Part shown: in pieces, positions 14,793 through 27,190 of the stretch
Numbering within the stretch: position 1 is the first letter of the stretch
Layout of the letters: each line of letters begins with the position of its first letter
DNA from: Felis catus
Lineage: Eukaryota
DNA: 64,000 nucleotides
Assembly: GCF_018350175.1 (NCBI RefSeq)
Contig: NC_058368.1
Coordinates: 145,020,001-145,084,000, forward strand
Reading direction: 5' to 3'
The notes under the pieces: generated by a model
Told to the model about the DNA's origin: nothing
The model's input: only the letters and a program-made list of their open reading frames with translations
Database searches by the model: none
Position numbers and translations under genes: made by a program

Positions 14793-15055
14793 AAAATACC
14801 ACACATTTTAAAGTTAAAGTTTGACTTTCACAAGAAAAATCATAAAAACCACTTAAAAAATATCTGTACCTTCTTTTTGAAGAGATTGTGACAATTTCCT
14901 TTTAGAAAGTTCAAAGACTCAGAAGTTAGCATCTAAACTTGACAACTGACAACATCTATCTACTGTGGCTGGCTGCAAATAACTTCCTGTATTATAATAG
15001 TTGTTTGTGGTTTTAAACCCAAGAGACAGAGTAAAGTATCAGGTCACATTTATGT

Positions 15056-15079
15056 GGGGGGGGGGGGAGGGGGGGGGGG
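15056..15079 (+). repeat. Poly-G tract (G12-A-G11)
   Basis: Read directly from the sequence. Confidence 0.9.
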
Positions 15080-15513
15080 AGGAAGCCCTTTATACTCAAA
15101 ATAAATGGAATCAAATGTATAAATATTTCATGAAGTCTGAAAACAGATAACACATTCTTATTCATACAAAATAGCATGTCACATCATTATAGCCCTGCCC
15201 ATTAATTCTTGGCTAAGTAACTATTTTCTTTTTTAATTTCTAGTATATATTCAAAGATACAACACCTAAATTTGTGAGGCACTTATTTTTTTTTACAAAA
15301 GAGATGTGGACCCCTAACCTCACTACCAATGCCCACAAAATCCAAGAAATACAGTAATAATTAAAAACTAGATTGGGGTAAAGTAAACATGATTTTTTCC
15401 AGTATTTTTAATTTTTTTCCTTCTTATCAAAGGGAAAAGGAATAAAAACAAGGTAAGACTTTCATAAAGTTGTATTAAGTTGTCTACAAAATACAGCAAT
15501 TTTGGGGAGGACT

Positions 15514-15637
15514 TTTTTTTGTTGTTGTGTAAAGATTTAATTTTTAAGTAATTGCTACACCCAACATGAGGCTGGAACTCACAACCCCAAGACCAAGAGT
15601 CACACACTCTACCAACTGAGTCAGCCAGATGCCCCCC
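15514..15637 (-). mobile_element. Short CanSINE
   Basis: ggaactcacaaccccaagaccaagagtc...aactgagtcagccagatgcccc. Confidence 0.75.
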
Positions 15638-15938
15638 AAAATATACCAATTTTAAATCAAGTCGTGTAACATATAAACAGAAAACAAAGTGGCTACAGAA
15701 ATATTACACTACAAATCTAAAGTATTTAGACACATTTTGTTTTTCCTTTTAAAAACCTCTAAAATAACTTATTTCATATGACTTTTAAATTTATGAATTT
15801 CATATCTCTAATAGTACATTAGAATTATATATTATTTTTGAAAGAGTATCCTATTTCTATCAGTTTTGCTTTTATGTTATTACTCTATGGCAACATAATC
15901 ACAGGTAGTATAATATCAGCATCAAAAATAGTAAAGAA

Positions 15939-16061
15939 GGGGCACCTGGGTGGCTCAGTCAGTTAAGTGTCTGACTTCAGCTCAGGTCATGATCCCGTGC
16001 TTAGTGGATTCAAGCCCCAAATCAGGCTCTGTCCTGACAGCATGGAGTGTACTTGGAATTT

Positions 16062-16105
<44 letters not shown>

Positions 16106-16209
16106 CCTCCCTCCCTCCCTCCCTTCCTCCCTCCCTCCCTCCCTCCCTCTCTGCCCCTTCCCTGCTTGTGCTCTCTGTTTCAAAATAAATAAATATCTAA
16201 AAAAAAAAA
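15939..16209 (+). mobile_element. CanSINE with expanded (CT)n/(CCCT)n
   Basis: ggggcacctgggtggctcagtcagttaag head and A tail. Confidence 0.92.
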
Positions 16210-16381
16210 GATGAAATTCCTTTAAACCATATACTTTGAAAAAATAAATTATTTTTCACAATGAAACAAGCTGTCAATAAAATCATACTTATTATGTTTA
16301 TCTCTTTTCCATATTAGTTTCTCCATTTATTTCTTTAAGGATTTTGTAGTATCTATCTAATGCTAGAAATTACAGTTAAAA

Positions 16382-16578
16382 TTTTTTTTAAGTTTATTTA
16401 TTTATTTTGAGGGGGTGTAGGGGCTGACAGAGAGGGAGAGAGAGAATCCCAAGCAGGTTCCCCATTGTCAGCGCTGAGCTCAATGCTAGGCTTGACTCAG
16501 GGCTTAATCTCATGAACCATGAGATCACTACCTGAGCTGAAATCAAGAGTCCAACGCTTAACCAACTGAGCCACCCAT
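16382..16578 (-). mobile_element. CanSINE
   Basis: T tail, then gagaatcccaagcagg...aactgagccaccca. Confidence 0.88.
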
Positions 16579-17140
16579 GTTATAAAATATTTTTAAGTAG
16601 AATTCTTCCAAAATGCCTATACTTTTTTTGCTTGTCTCCTATTATTCATGTCCTCTATCAAATGACTGACATAACATATTGCCCTACAGGAAATCCCCAG
16701 GATCAAAAGAAATAAGAAACATAGCTGATATAGTTATCTGCAGTACTTTGAAGCCACCCAGAAGCATTCCTAGGCACAGTGACAAGCTGGGATTACAGAC
16801 ACAAAGATACCACATGTAAAGTGGTAGACGTGCTTCTTCAAATGGACACAGCTTACACAAAAACAAAAACAAAAATAAACAACTTACCTTATGCTAGAAA
16901 GAATATAAGGTGGTTTATAAAGTTTACACATTGCAAAAGAAATTAAACTAGATCCTATCAGAAATGAAAACAATGGTAGAAACAAGACAGCATATAAGGT
17001 GAAAAGTGAACCTGTTGAGGTGAGCAAATGCGTATATACTGACTGATAAACATTAATACACATCTACAACAGTTTTTATTATCTTAATGGATTTTAAATA
17101 TAAGTTTATTTGTTCCTATCCTATTGAGAACTCTCATTTA

Positions 17141-17373
17141 GGGGTGCCTGGGTGGCTCAGGTGGCTAAGCATCCAACTGTGGCTCAGGTCATGATCTCAC
17201 GGTTCGTGAGTTCAAGCACCCCATGAGGCTCTGTGCTGACAGCTCAGAGCCTGGAGCCTGCTTCAGGTTCTGTGCCTCCCTCTATCCCTGCCCCTCCTCC
17301 ACCCATGTTCTGACACTCTCTCTTTCTCAAAAAAAAAAAAAAAAAAAAAAAAAAAAGAATAAACATTAAAAAA
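17141..17373 (+). mobile_element. CanSINE
   Basis: ggggtgcctgggtggctcag head and a long A tail. Confidence 0.92.
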
Positions 17374-18124
17374 ACAACAACTCTACTTTACACTCTGTAG
17401 GAGAATTATAGCCTAATGTGATACATTAATTTGAGCAGGTACTAATTACAGCTACTATACACTGAAAACAACCCCCATCCGATGTTATGTGTACTTGCCA
17501 TCTCTCTCCATAGTCTTAAATACACATTCTGACTGATCTAACAATCTAAGACTATAATATGTTTCTCCATGTAATTTACTACTTGACATTTCAAACTTCT
17601 TGAGAAAAGATCTCTTTCACTTGATGGTAGCCCATGAGAATAGGGATTGTATCTATTTTGTTCACAGCTAGATTCCCTAGTGCCGTGCCTCCTGAGATAT
17701 AAAGGCTTTGCTACCTGCTTTGATTCATTTGTTATGTCTTTACAGATTACTGTCTTATCTAAATTTGTTTTGAAATACAAAATGAATAAAGGTAGTATTA
17801 AATGACCTTCCTAAAACTACACATCCAGTTACATTGAACTAAAAAATAACAAAAACTTCTTAGATAATATTTTATTTAATCATTCATTTATGTAAACACC
17901 ACACATTATTTGAACATCTCATATCAGGTACCATGCCGAGCACAGGTGATGAAAAAGACAAGACAAAGCCTCCTCCCTGAGAAAGCTCACCAATCATTAG
18001 AGAAAACATTCCATTATAAAAATCTAATATACAGGAATATCAGGGAGGTACACAGAAGATGTTATCATAGCAAAGGGTGTACTTAACTCTCTGCAATAGG
18101 TTTTTTTCTTTTTAGAAAAATGTA

Positions 18125-18292
18125 TTTTTTAATTGAAGTATAACTGATATATAATGTATTAGTTTCAGGTGTGCAAAATGGTGATTTGACATTTATATAC
18201 ATTACAAAATGGTTACCATAAGTGTAGTTACTATCTGTCACCATACAAAGTTATTATAAAATTATTGACTATATTCACTATGTTATACTTTC
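18125..18292 (-). mobile_element. L1 3' end fragment
   Basis: ttttttaattgaagtataactga...attagtttcaggtgtgcaaaatggtgattt...ctatctgtcaccatacaaagttatta. Confidence 0.8.
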
Positions 18293-21200
18293 TACAGAAG
18301 TATTTTCCTATATAATATATGATTATCTGCAAAAACAATTTTCATAAGGTATGAATAAAAACATTATTCTCCTATTGTTTTATTTACATAATATTACATG
18401 TTGTGTATCATTTTTTAAAAGTATCCTATCATGACAAACCTATAACATAATCCTTTCTAGATGTTATAAACATTCTCTTAGGTAAGAATACAAAAATCAG
18501 CATCATGTTATCAACAATCACAACTTAAGCCTACAACTTTATCTGAACATTTGAACAACTTAAAACCTCTCCAGTCTACCAGACTTACAGACTACTATAT
18601 TCTGTTAACATTTATCGAACTATCTATTATTCGACAGACCCTAGGGAAAAACAAATCAAATACTGTGCTCTCCAAGAGCTCATTGTAATAATGTGATTTC
18701 ATTACCACCACACTAAAGCAATGATATATCTTGGCTCTATCACTGCTTTAGGACAATTAAGGAATCTTCATTCATACCAGAGAACTAAAATTATAATCAC
18801 TGTATACATTTCTCATTAAGTTTAATAGTATATATTGATACTTTTCTTAGGAAATGAATGAAATTAGAAACGAATTGTTAAATGAAACAACTCTATGTTA
18901 ATCTGAAGCACAAAAAAAAACTAGTAAATATTAATTAATTCCACGTAAAAGCATTGCCTGTGATTTCAGAGTAAAACAGAAACATACTAATGGGGAGAAA
19001 AGAAAAGCTAGTTCAATAAACATTACAAGTTAGCATGTATTAGTTTTAATCATGTGAGGTGATGGCTTACTTTTAATGATAATATTGTAGCATCTAATAA
19101 TAATTTTACAGCTCAGATAAACCTAGTTTTCACTCAGGATAAAAATTACAGTACCAAGTTAGTTATCTCCCAGTCATGTGGCAAAATAATGGCTCCATAG
19201 TAAAATCTCTATACCCTCTCATATGATAAATTCCTAATTATTAAACTTTCCTCCAGCATTTCTGATCTTATTTTCCACTCCCCTCTAGAAAATCAACAGG
19301 TAGACATAACTTCACACTATCTACCATAGCAAAGAAGAAACAGATTTGTTTGGAGATCATCACTGTATTTTCCTGCCATCAGTTCTCAAAGAGGAACCTT
19401 AACAATACCCGTAAATACATTGGAAAATACTGTGTTTATTCCTTTCTAAAGTTAATTACCTTAACTATATTTTAATATCTTGCTATTTTAACATTTTTCA
19501 AAATTACAAATATAGAAAAAATACAAAATAAATGTATGGCATTTTTATGAAATATTATAAAGCAAGCACATGGTTATTATAAATTAATCATCACCATGGT
19601 CAGGCAAAATAGAATTTTGCCAAATATCTCAAAAGCCTTTTCCATGAGCCCCATCCCAATCATAACCTCTTCCCATTTCCCATATTCTAACTTGTATAAT
19701 AATCATTTCCTTGTGTTTTCTCTTTGTCACCCAAAAGTGCATGCCTGTACACTACTTACTGTTGATTTCCAAATGTGTCATTATTTTACAAATAGCACTG
19801 CACATAGATGCTAAATATTTAATACGTTTTAAATATAAATCCAAGAAGATCAAGGTTTTACTCATCTTAAATGTTTTATTTTGTTTTCACTTTTTCTCAC
19901 AGGAAGTATGAACAGGTAATTTTTTGAGGGAAAGGGTATGAACATTGCATCAATGATCACTTGGCAAATAAAATAATAGAGTGACAAAAATCCATATTCT
20001 AAAGAGGTCAAAAAACAACTCCCCCCCAAAAAAAAATATTAAAATAAAAGCCAAAAATGTTTCTGGGATAGTAATTACCAAAAAAAGAGTTTATTAAAAG
20101 TTATACAATGGCCTAAAAGTTACATCTATTCAGTTTATAGATCATATGTACACATACATATGTATGTGTATATGTGCACATACAAAAAGTAAAAGTCTTT
20201 CATAAATGCCTACAGCATTTAAAAACAAAGAACCACCTCAAATATGTGATATTTTACTAAATTAGTTATTTTCTAATTTCGAAGAGACATTGTAAGGTAG
20301 TCACTGAAAGATAAAAGTTTCTCTGTTTTAAAATAAATTTCCCGAATATAAAATTAACTGTAAGTATTTGGAAAATACAGAAAGTATTCTGCATAATCCC
20401 AATATCAAAAGGTAATCATTTTTAACATTTTAGGCTATTTTTTAATTAAAAAGATTATTCATTATTCACCTCATTACGCCTCTATCTTTCTTTTAAAAAA
20501 GTAGTCTATTTTTCATTATCCATTATCAATCATATAAACAAAGACTATAAAGTAACAAGACTATTTTTTAAACATATGAGAATTTATGCATGCAAGTACT
20601 TTTTTATTCTAAAGATGAAGCTCTTGAACAAAATATTTTCAGAATGCTCCTTTGAGAGCTACCTTGAAAGGCAGTAGGTATACATATTAATTACTATTAC
20701 AGAAATGGTCCCATCATGAACTCTAATAAAGAAATACAGAATTTTAGAATTTTGCCACAATCTTATTGTTTGTTCCTGTTTCCCATTTTCTTCCCTGAGT
20801 CTTTCAAATTTCTATATCTGCACATTAAACATGAATTGTGTTGATTATTTTCAGAAACTACTATTAAGAAGTCAGGAAATCCTACTCATGAAAATTACCA
20901 TAAAATTATGCTACAAAAAAATGTATTTCTAAAAATCCAATTATAACATAAAATTATGTAAGTCAACCTCTTCACAAACCTTCATTTAAAAGACAATTTT
21001 GGAGACATATTATCACTGAAACTAAACTGGCTTAAAGGTATAATAAAAATGCTGCCTAAAATAAATCAAATCTCTTAAAATTAATATTTAAGATAAAATT
21101 AGAAAACATCTGATAAAGCATGTGCTAACATTCATAATGAATTATAAAATCCAAATACTTAATTTTTTTCTAAACTACATTTTTTAGGACCAAATTACAT

Positions 21201-23083
21201 GCTAAGGGATTATTCTTCCTTGAAAATCTATTCTACTTTCAATTGTACTTCTAGCCAATGCTCATGCTCAGAAACTTTGGAATTTTAAGTGGGTTTCTAA
21301 AGCTAACAAGTGTGAATATTCTCTGAAATACTGAAAATGCCTCATGAATGCAAAATGAATAGGACAATGATGATGAGGATGATGATGAGGAAGAGGTGGA
21401 GGAGGAGGCTATGACAATGATGATTTATCTAATGCTTCTAAGACATGCTAAATTAGTTCAGTATTCCCTGTAAGATCTCTATGGTAAACAGTAGGGTGCA
21501 TTTTTCTATACAATGGAATTTTGAAAAATTATTTACATAATTAATTCCTTAAAATGTAGATTCACAAATATTATTGTCCTTTGGAGTAGAATACTGGCAC
21601 TATCGAATGCCATCTAGTTGTCAAAATTATTGGGTATTTCAAAAATGTTTCCCATGAATGGCAGGTCAAAGCTAGACATGTCCTTTTGGTGTAGGAGATA
21701 GATGAGATGCAAGTATCCCACTCTAGCCAGATTCCTTATCATCATCATGGTTGGATCTCTGCTCTACTTTCTGCCATAAATACTGTGTCCTAGATTCTGC
21801 CTTACCTGGATTTTCTCTACATTTTCTTTACATGCAAAAGCATCCGTTTCACTCACTCACCCAAGAGCTATTGTTTGGTAGGGAGCAAGCTTTATGAATA
21901 CAATCAATGTCAGATGAGGCAAGCACAAGCAGTCACTTTAATCAGCTTAGTACACAGTTAAAGTATTACACAGTCCCTGCCAGATGCCCAAACTTTCCCT
22001 TCTCTTCAGCCTGCACACTGTTCCTCGTGCTACTTTTAGGGCTGTAATTCTCCTGGCTATTTCAACGCTTTAGTCTGAGACTGAAGTATGTCATTTGGAA
22101 GAACAAGGTCTTTTTCCCTTTTGAGTCCTGGTTTTGGTTTTTAAGGATTCACACAGAATGATGTCCCCCTTCTACCAAGTAAACAAATAACAAATAACCC
22201 TCTGGTTAAGTTTTAGGTAGTTACCATCATATATCTCCTCAGGTTCCAGCCCCATTTCCACCTCCTCCAAGCTAAGGACATGGGGTTTCCTTCCTCCCAA
22301 ACTCAAGATGTCCTTCCTTTATGGTCAATTCTACAAACAGTATTTCCCCAGACCCGTCACAATACTATCTTATTCTTAAATGCAATTTTTCCCTAAAAAA
22401 AAAATTTGGTTTTTTCCCCCCTCCTATTTTCTACAATTCTACTTCCTAATACCATCAACTCTCTAAAATCACATTTGCAGTTATTCTAACAAAATTCTCA
22501 ATATACATCACTTAGCCAGGGACAATCTACTGTCCTCCACTCAGAATTAAAAAATTAAAAAAAGTTTTAAAAATCACATTTTCATTTTTGCATAGCATCT
22601 TTTGCTGTTTCCCTTAATTCACAATAAGTTTTAGTCGTAGAAATTAATTCAGTATAAAGGATAGTTTTGATATGTAACCGAAAGGTATAAAAAAGAAGAA
22701 AATAGTATCTTTATGTATTTTTTAAATCTTATGTGCAAAAGAGAAACTTATCATTTGTAGTATTCTCATGACTCCTTTTGTAGAATAAAGAATCACTACT
22801 TCATTTTTATAAATCTGAAATTTCACAAATCAGGCATGCTTAAAGGTAAAAAAATACGTTTAACAACTTGGAATTAAGACTAACCTTGTATCTTAAGCTT
22901 TTCAACAAGACAAACACTCATTTGTATTTCGCTTTAAAGTTATAACTCTAATTTTTAAGAAAAAAATAACACCCAGTTTCTTAAAACCAAAGAAAAAGAA
23001 TAGATGGTCCAATGAATTTTTCAAGAGTAGTGGTTAAAAAGAAAACTAACAATATAACTTAGTTCAATTAAACATTAACTCAC

Positions 23084-23168
23084 ATAATCATGGAAGGCTT
23101 TTGCTTCACTTGAATGCTCACATGTTTCCCGTCTTTCTGGAGCTGCACAGTAGAGATCCCAAAATACA
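23084..23168 (-). CDS. SSBP2: SSBP2 coding exon (likely exon 4, 85 nt): (C)[28 protein letters not shown]
   Basis: Minus strand reads ttacttttttag|TGTATTTTGGGATCTC...TTCCATGATTAT|gtgagt. The phase-2 join restores TGT (Cys). [10 protein letters not shown] fits SSBP2 as I recall it, versus ERRDT in SSBP3. Confidence 0.96.
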
Positions 23169-23959
23169 CTAAAAAAGTAATTATGGTAACATTAAGAAAA
23201 GCAGATAACACCAAATGAGAGATCAAAATTCCAAAAATAGAAGACATGTATTACTCTTTATACAAAATGTGTTTTCTTCTTCAGGACAAATGTTTCTATG
23301 AAAGATTTAAATCAAGCAGGGTTCTTCCTGCAATAACATCTTTCAGAAATAGCTATGTTTCAGAAATGCTAAGATTTTTTTCTAAAAAAAAATTAAAACA
23401 TCTTTTAAACTGTCATTTTAAATTATCTGTTTATATAGCTTAAACCCATGATTGAAATAATTACAATGCCTTTCACAGCTTCCCCATTAAAAAAAAAAAA
23501 CAGTAAATAATATCCTAATTTAATCATTAAGGAATAAAGTGACACATTATTTTTTTTCAAGGTAATTTTGTTTTCCAATTACCAGGCCAATATCCTGACC
23601 ATTTAATCACACTGTTCAAACAAATACATTTTCCTAAAATATTCTCTGTTTTGTCCTTGCAATTACCAAAATAGGTTAGTAATTTTGAAAATTCAAAAAA
23701 TCCATGGTCTCTTTTTTCCCCTCCTATTCAAAAACAATGGGAATAAGTAAGGTGGAACCGGTTGGGAAAAATAATTATACTGCTTACAAAATTATGTCTC
23801 TGATCATCCTTCCATCGAAATTAACAATGAGCATGAGCAAAGGATTCAAATTCAGGAAAGCAAATATCTAGAAACACTGGCAACAAAGGCAATTATACTG
23901 ATCAACAGAAATCTTTTTTTATTATACATTTCCCACTCTACAGAAATGGAAAATAGACT

Positions 23960-24165
23960 AATCAATTGGTTAAGAGCACAGGTTTTGGAACAGGACACTT
24001 CTCAGAAGCCAGCTCTGTAAATTAATTACTAGCTCAAATTGCTTAAACAGATCAGAAACACAATTTCCTCCTTTCTATTAAGAGGATTGTTTCTATAAAA
24101 TGGGATTGTTGAGAAAATTAAATTATATAACATAAATCCAGCATCTGACAGAGTAAGCATATTAT
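23960..24165 (+). mobile_element. MIR remnant
   Basis: tggttaagagcacaggttttggaa...ctataaaatggga. Confidence 0.55.
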
Positions 24166-24229
24166 CAATAATATAATCAACACTATGATTAGCTTGCATT
24201 AAAGTTTAAAATGCATACATATTGTTAGG

Positions 24230-24700
24230 ACTATCAACAATAGCCAAAGTATGGAAAGAGCCCAAATGTCCATCGATGGATGAATGGATAAAGAAGATAT
24301 GGTATATATATACAATGGAGTATGACTCGGCAATCAAAAACAATGAAATCTTGCTATTCGCAACTATGTGGATGGAACTAGAGGGTATTATGTTAAGTGA
24401 AATTAGTCAGTCAGAGAAAGACAAATATCATATGACTTCAGTCATAAGAGGACTTTAAGATACAAAACAGATGAACATAAGGGAAGGGAAGCAAAAATAA
24501 TATAAAAACAGGGAGGGGGACAAAAACACAAGAGACTCTTAAATATGGAAAACAAACAGAGGGTTACTGGAGGGGTTGTGGGATGGATTAAATGGGTAAG
24601 GGGCATTCAGGAATCTACTCCTGAAATCATTGTTGCCGCTACATGCTAACTTAGATATAAATTTAAAAAAATAATTAAATAAAAATTAAAAAAAGAAAAA
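24230..24700 (+). mobile_element. 5'-truncated feline-type L1 (ORF2 C-terminus, 3'UTR, A tail)
   Basis: The ORF at 24222-24458 translates as TIAKVWKEPKCPSMDEWIKKIWYIYTMEY..., the L1 ORF2 C-terminus. Closely similar to the copy at 57008-57699. Confidence 0.93.
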
Positions 24701-24985
24701 AGAACATAGATGGTTAAGTATTGGCATAAAAAAAAAAAAAAAAGATAAATTAAACCTGGCCTCTTTGGTTTGACCCTTGGAGACTCAGCCTGAATCTCTC
24801 TCTCCACAGCTAGGAGAAAACATTCTGTAGGCCTTATAACACAACTAGTTCAGTAAAATAAGATTATCTTCAACAGTAAAAAATATGAATGATTGAGTAC
24901 TGCCATTTAATTTCCTTTGAAGTTTCCACAATAAGCAAGGAAAATAAGGAAAACAATAACGCAATTAAAAGTTGCACTTGGTCTT

Positions 24986-25179
24986 CTTTTGGGACAAAAA
25001 GTATACAAATTATAGATATACAAAGATACAGGTAAAAGTTTTCTGCCTATATCAAGTGTGTTATGAGTTATAGTATATTGTCCCTTTTGGGACAAAAAGT
25101 ATACAAATTATAGATATACAAAGATACAGGTAAAAGTTTTCTGCCTATATCAAGTGTGTTATGAGTTATAGTATATTGT
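24986..25179. repeat. Perfect 96-bp tandem duplication with a 2-nt (cc) spacer
   Basis: 24986-25081 is identical to 25084-25179. Confidence 0.97.
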
Positions 25180-26042
25180 AATTATTATTTCTTATGTTCA
25201 TGTTATTAAGGAACTTCAAAGCTCTTAAAAAACAAAATTATAATGGTCGTCTTTAAATTGTATTTAAACAGAAAATACTATGTGCAATATTATGACAAAC
25301 ATCTTAATATCTCTTCTTATTCACTAATTTCCTAGCAAATGCTGTAAGAACCCTCTTGGAAATTATTACATTTTTACTTTTAAAATGTTGTCTTACAAAA
25401 TGGACTGGAAAAAAACTAATAATTTCTTATCAGACTATGTCCTAAAAGTTATTAAATAACGATCAATAATTATTTATACATATATTATTAAATTAAATAT
25501 TTACCTTGGAACAGTAACACTGCTCTATTTCTATTTTTAAGTTTCCCTTTATGGATTTAATGTAAGGTTAAAGTTTACAAGATCAAGATAAGGGATAACA
25601 AAACAACTTACTAAAATGAGATAACTTTTTATATGGTATTTTTCTGACAATAATACATTACCCATACATGATCTCCTTGAATAAAGTTAAAGAAATACAC
25701 CCTTTGAAGACATTTACCAAAGGGAGAAATACACAGTTCTACAATAATAATTACAGATATTAATACTCCACTCTCAATACTGGATAAAACAACCAGACAA
25801 AAGATAAACAAGGAAACAGAAATTAAACAACAAAGTAACTAGATTTAACAGACATATGCAGAACACTCCACCCAGCAACAACAGCATATACCTTCCTCTC
25901 AAGTGCACATGGGACATTTTCTAGAATAGGCCATATGTTAAAGCACACATTAAGTCTCAGTAGATTTGAAAAGATAGATATCACACAAAGTATCTTCTCT
26001 GACCACAATGGGATGAAGTTAGAGATCAGTAACAGGAGGAAA

Positions 26043-26252
26043 GGGGCGCCTGGGTGGCTCCGTTGGTTAAGCATCCAACTCTTGATTTCGGCTCAGGTTA
26101 TGATCACATGCTTTCTAAGTTCAAGCCCCATGTCAGGCTCTGTGCTGTCAGTGCAGAGCCTGATTGGGAGTCTCCCTCTCCCTTTCTCTCTGCCCCTGCC
26201 CTGCTCACACACATACACATTCTCTCTCACAACAAATAAACTTTAAAAAAAA
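26043..26252 (+). mobile_element. CanSINE inside L1
   Basis: ggggcgcctgggtggctc head and A tail. Confidence 0.92.
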
Positions 26253-26531
26253 AGGGAGAGAGACATAGAAGACTCAAATTACTAAAGACACCATCAACAA
26301 AATATCTGCTAGAACTAAATAAATGGATTCAGTAAAGTTGCTGGATATAAAATCAATACATAAAAATCAGCTGTGTTTCTATAAAGTAACAATGAACTAT
26401 CAGGCAGCAAAATTAAGAAAACAATTCCATTCACAATTGTATCAAAAAAAGTAACACACCCAGGAATAAATTTAACCATATGATCTAGCAATTCTACTTC
26501 TGGGTTTATACCCACAAGAACTGAAAGCACA

Positions 26532-26748
26532 GGGTGCTGGGTGGCTCAGCGGGTTAAGCATTGGAATATTGGTTTTGGCTCAGGTCTTGATCTCATGGGA
26601 TTGTGGGATCGAGCCTCCTGCCCTGCTCCCCGTCAGGGTCTGCGCTAATAGCACAGAGCCAGCTTGGGATTCTTGCTCTTCCTCTTCATTTTTTTTTTTA
26701 AGTTTATTTATTTTCTTAGAACAATCTGGGGAGGGGCAGAAAGAGAGA

Positions 26749-26797
<49 letters not shown>

Positions 26798-26985
26798 CCA
26801 AGCAGGATGCACACTGCCAGTATGGAGTGTAATGTGGAGCTCAAACTCACAAACCAGGAGATAATGACCTGAGCCTAAATCTAGAGTCAGAGGCTTAACT
26901 GACTGAGCCACCCTGGTGCCTCTTTCTCTCTCCCTCTTTCTGCCTCTCCCCTTCTCTCTCTCAAAATAAATAAATAAAAATAAAA
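26532..26985 (+). mobile_element. CanSINE split by an opposite-strand CanSINE
   Basis: Head at 26532; the CT-rich body and aaataaataaa tail resume at ~26921. Confidence 0.8.
26688..26920 (-). mobile_element. CanSINE with (GA)n
   Basis: T tail, (ga)n, ending gactgagccaccctggtgcc. Confidence 0.88.
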
Positions 26986-27007
26986 ACTTAGAAAAAAATT
27001 GAAAGCA

Positions 27008-27190
27008 GGGGCGCCTGAGTGGCTCTGTTGGTTAAGTGGCTGACTTTGTCTCAAGTCATGATCTCACAGTTTGTGGTGGAGCTCAGAGCCTGGAGCCTAC
27101 TTCGGATTCTGTGTCTTCCTCTCTGTCTCTGCCCCTCCCCAACTTGTGCTCTGTCGTTCTCTCTCAAAAATAAATAAAGTGTTAAAAAAA
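27008..27190 (+). mobile_element. CanSINE (internally deleted) with TSD aattgaaagcag
   Basis: Head, tail and a flanking direct repeat are visible. Confidence 0.88.

Noticed and set aside
20149..20170. 22-bp perfect palindrome tacacatacatatgtatgtgta
   Set aside because: It arises from low-complexity (CA/TA/TG) alternation.
21366..21425. GAT/GAG-rich tract resembling an acidic protein segment or pseudogene
   Set aside because: It is only ~60 nt of low-complexity sequence, with no flanking homology, poly(A) or TSD.
24222..24458. ORF resembling a real protein (KVWKEPKCPSMDEWIKK)
   Set aside because: It is the C-terminus of L1 ORF2 in a 5'-truncated copy, not a host gene.
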